Shown here one piece after another: positions 63,481 through 64,000 of a stretch of 64,000 nt of DNA. Source of the stretch: Podarcis gaigeae (taxonomy: Eukaryota); NCBI GenBank assembly GCA_964106915.2, contig OZ066929.1; one strand, written 5' to 3'. The notes below the pieces were generated by a model. That model made no database searches, was not told where the DNA came from, and worked only from the letters and a program-made list of their open reading frames with translations. Positions within the stretch are counted from its first letter, which is position 1. Each line of letters opens with the position of its first letter. A program made the translations under genes and the position numbers.

Positions 63481-64000
63481 GTTGGAAAATAGAGAGTTGA
63501 TAGAATTGTGCTCTGCCATTCTCCTGACAGAGCTTATTTCACAGGGCAACCAATGTGGTTTCAGTGCCAGAACTGTGGACCTACATCCCAAATGAAATGG
63601 ACTCAGGAAAATCAGCCTCATCCAAGAAAGTCTACTGGGTGCAAATACATTTCTCCATCAATCCTCTGAAACTGATAGCCAAAGCAGTCCTATCTCAAAC
63701 TGACATTTCAAGCCCCTGGCAAGTGGCTTTGTTATCCTTCTTGTGAAAGGGCTGTTCCCTTAAACTGCCACCATTAACACTTTTTTAAAAAAAATGCCCA
63801 CCAATAACATTTCCTCCTTCACTTGTTTCTTTCTTTATGGATGATATGCAACTCCTTTTTATAGGCATTCTTAATTAACAGGATGTGTGGTGGGACATGC
63901 AAAAAAACAACAACAACCAACCCCCCCCCCCTCCATGCAGCATATTGGAAGCCTGACTCTGACAGAACAACCCAGCCTGCTGCATTTAACTATGCATAGG

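Larger units (their letters stand above)
34892..64000 (-). other. 3' portion of NCAM1 intron 1, no coding exons recognised
   Basis: Lies upstream of exon 2. No signal-peptide exon was found. NCAM1 intron 1 is very large in amniotes. Confidence 0.85.

Noticed and set aside
1-64000. CRISPR arrays or prokaryotic systems
   Set aside because: Vertebrate intron/exon DNA, with no repeat-spacer arrays or operons.

Overview
Eukaryotic genomic DNA from a squamate reptile. The Sauria SINE, Squam3-like SINE and BovB repeats fit a lacertid-type lizard. The whole window lies inside NCAM1 (neural cell adhesion molecule 1) on the minus strand. Twelve constitutive coding exons (ordinal exons 2-13, encoding Ig1-Ig5 and the first FN3 domain) were read with canonical AG/GT boundaries and consistent phases from 34891 down to 9154. 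Three alternative micro-exons were also found: VASE (30 nt), MSD1a (15 nt) and an MSD1c-like exon (42 nt). Positions 34892-64000 are the 3' part of the very long first intron. The signal-peptide exon, the AAG micro-exon and the FN3-2/membrane exons were not found and probably lie outside the window. The rest is intronic and contains SINEs, BovB/L1/CR1/L2 fragments, Tc1/pogo/hAT/Harbinger-type DNA transposons and MITEs, LTR-like relics and microsatellites. Nearly all listed ORFs are spurious. I found no convincing wholly new biological system. The best leads are a possibly remodelled muscle-specific (MSD) exon cluster with no clear MSD1b, clustered substitutions in Ig1/Ig2, a near-perfect intronic hairpin, a fish-like Tc1 relic and a templated 61-bp insertion. 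All comparisons with human or chicken NCAM1 are from memory, not from a database search.
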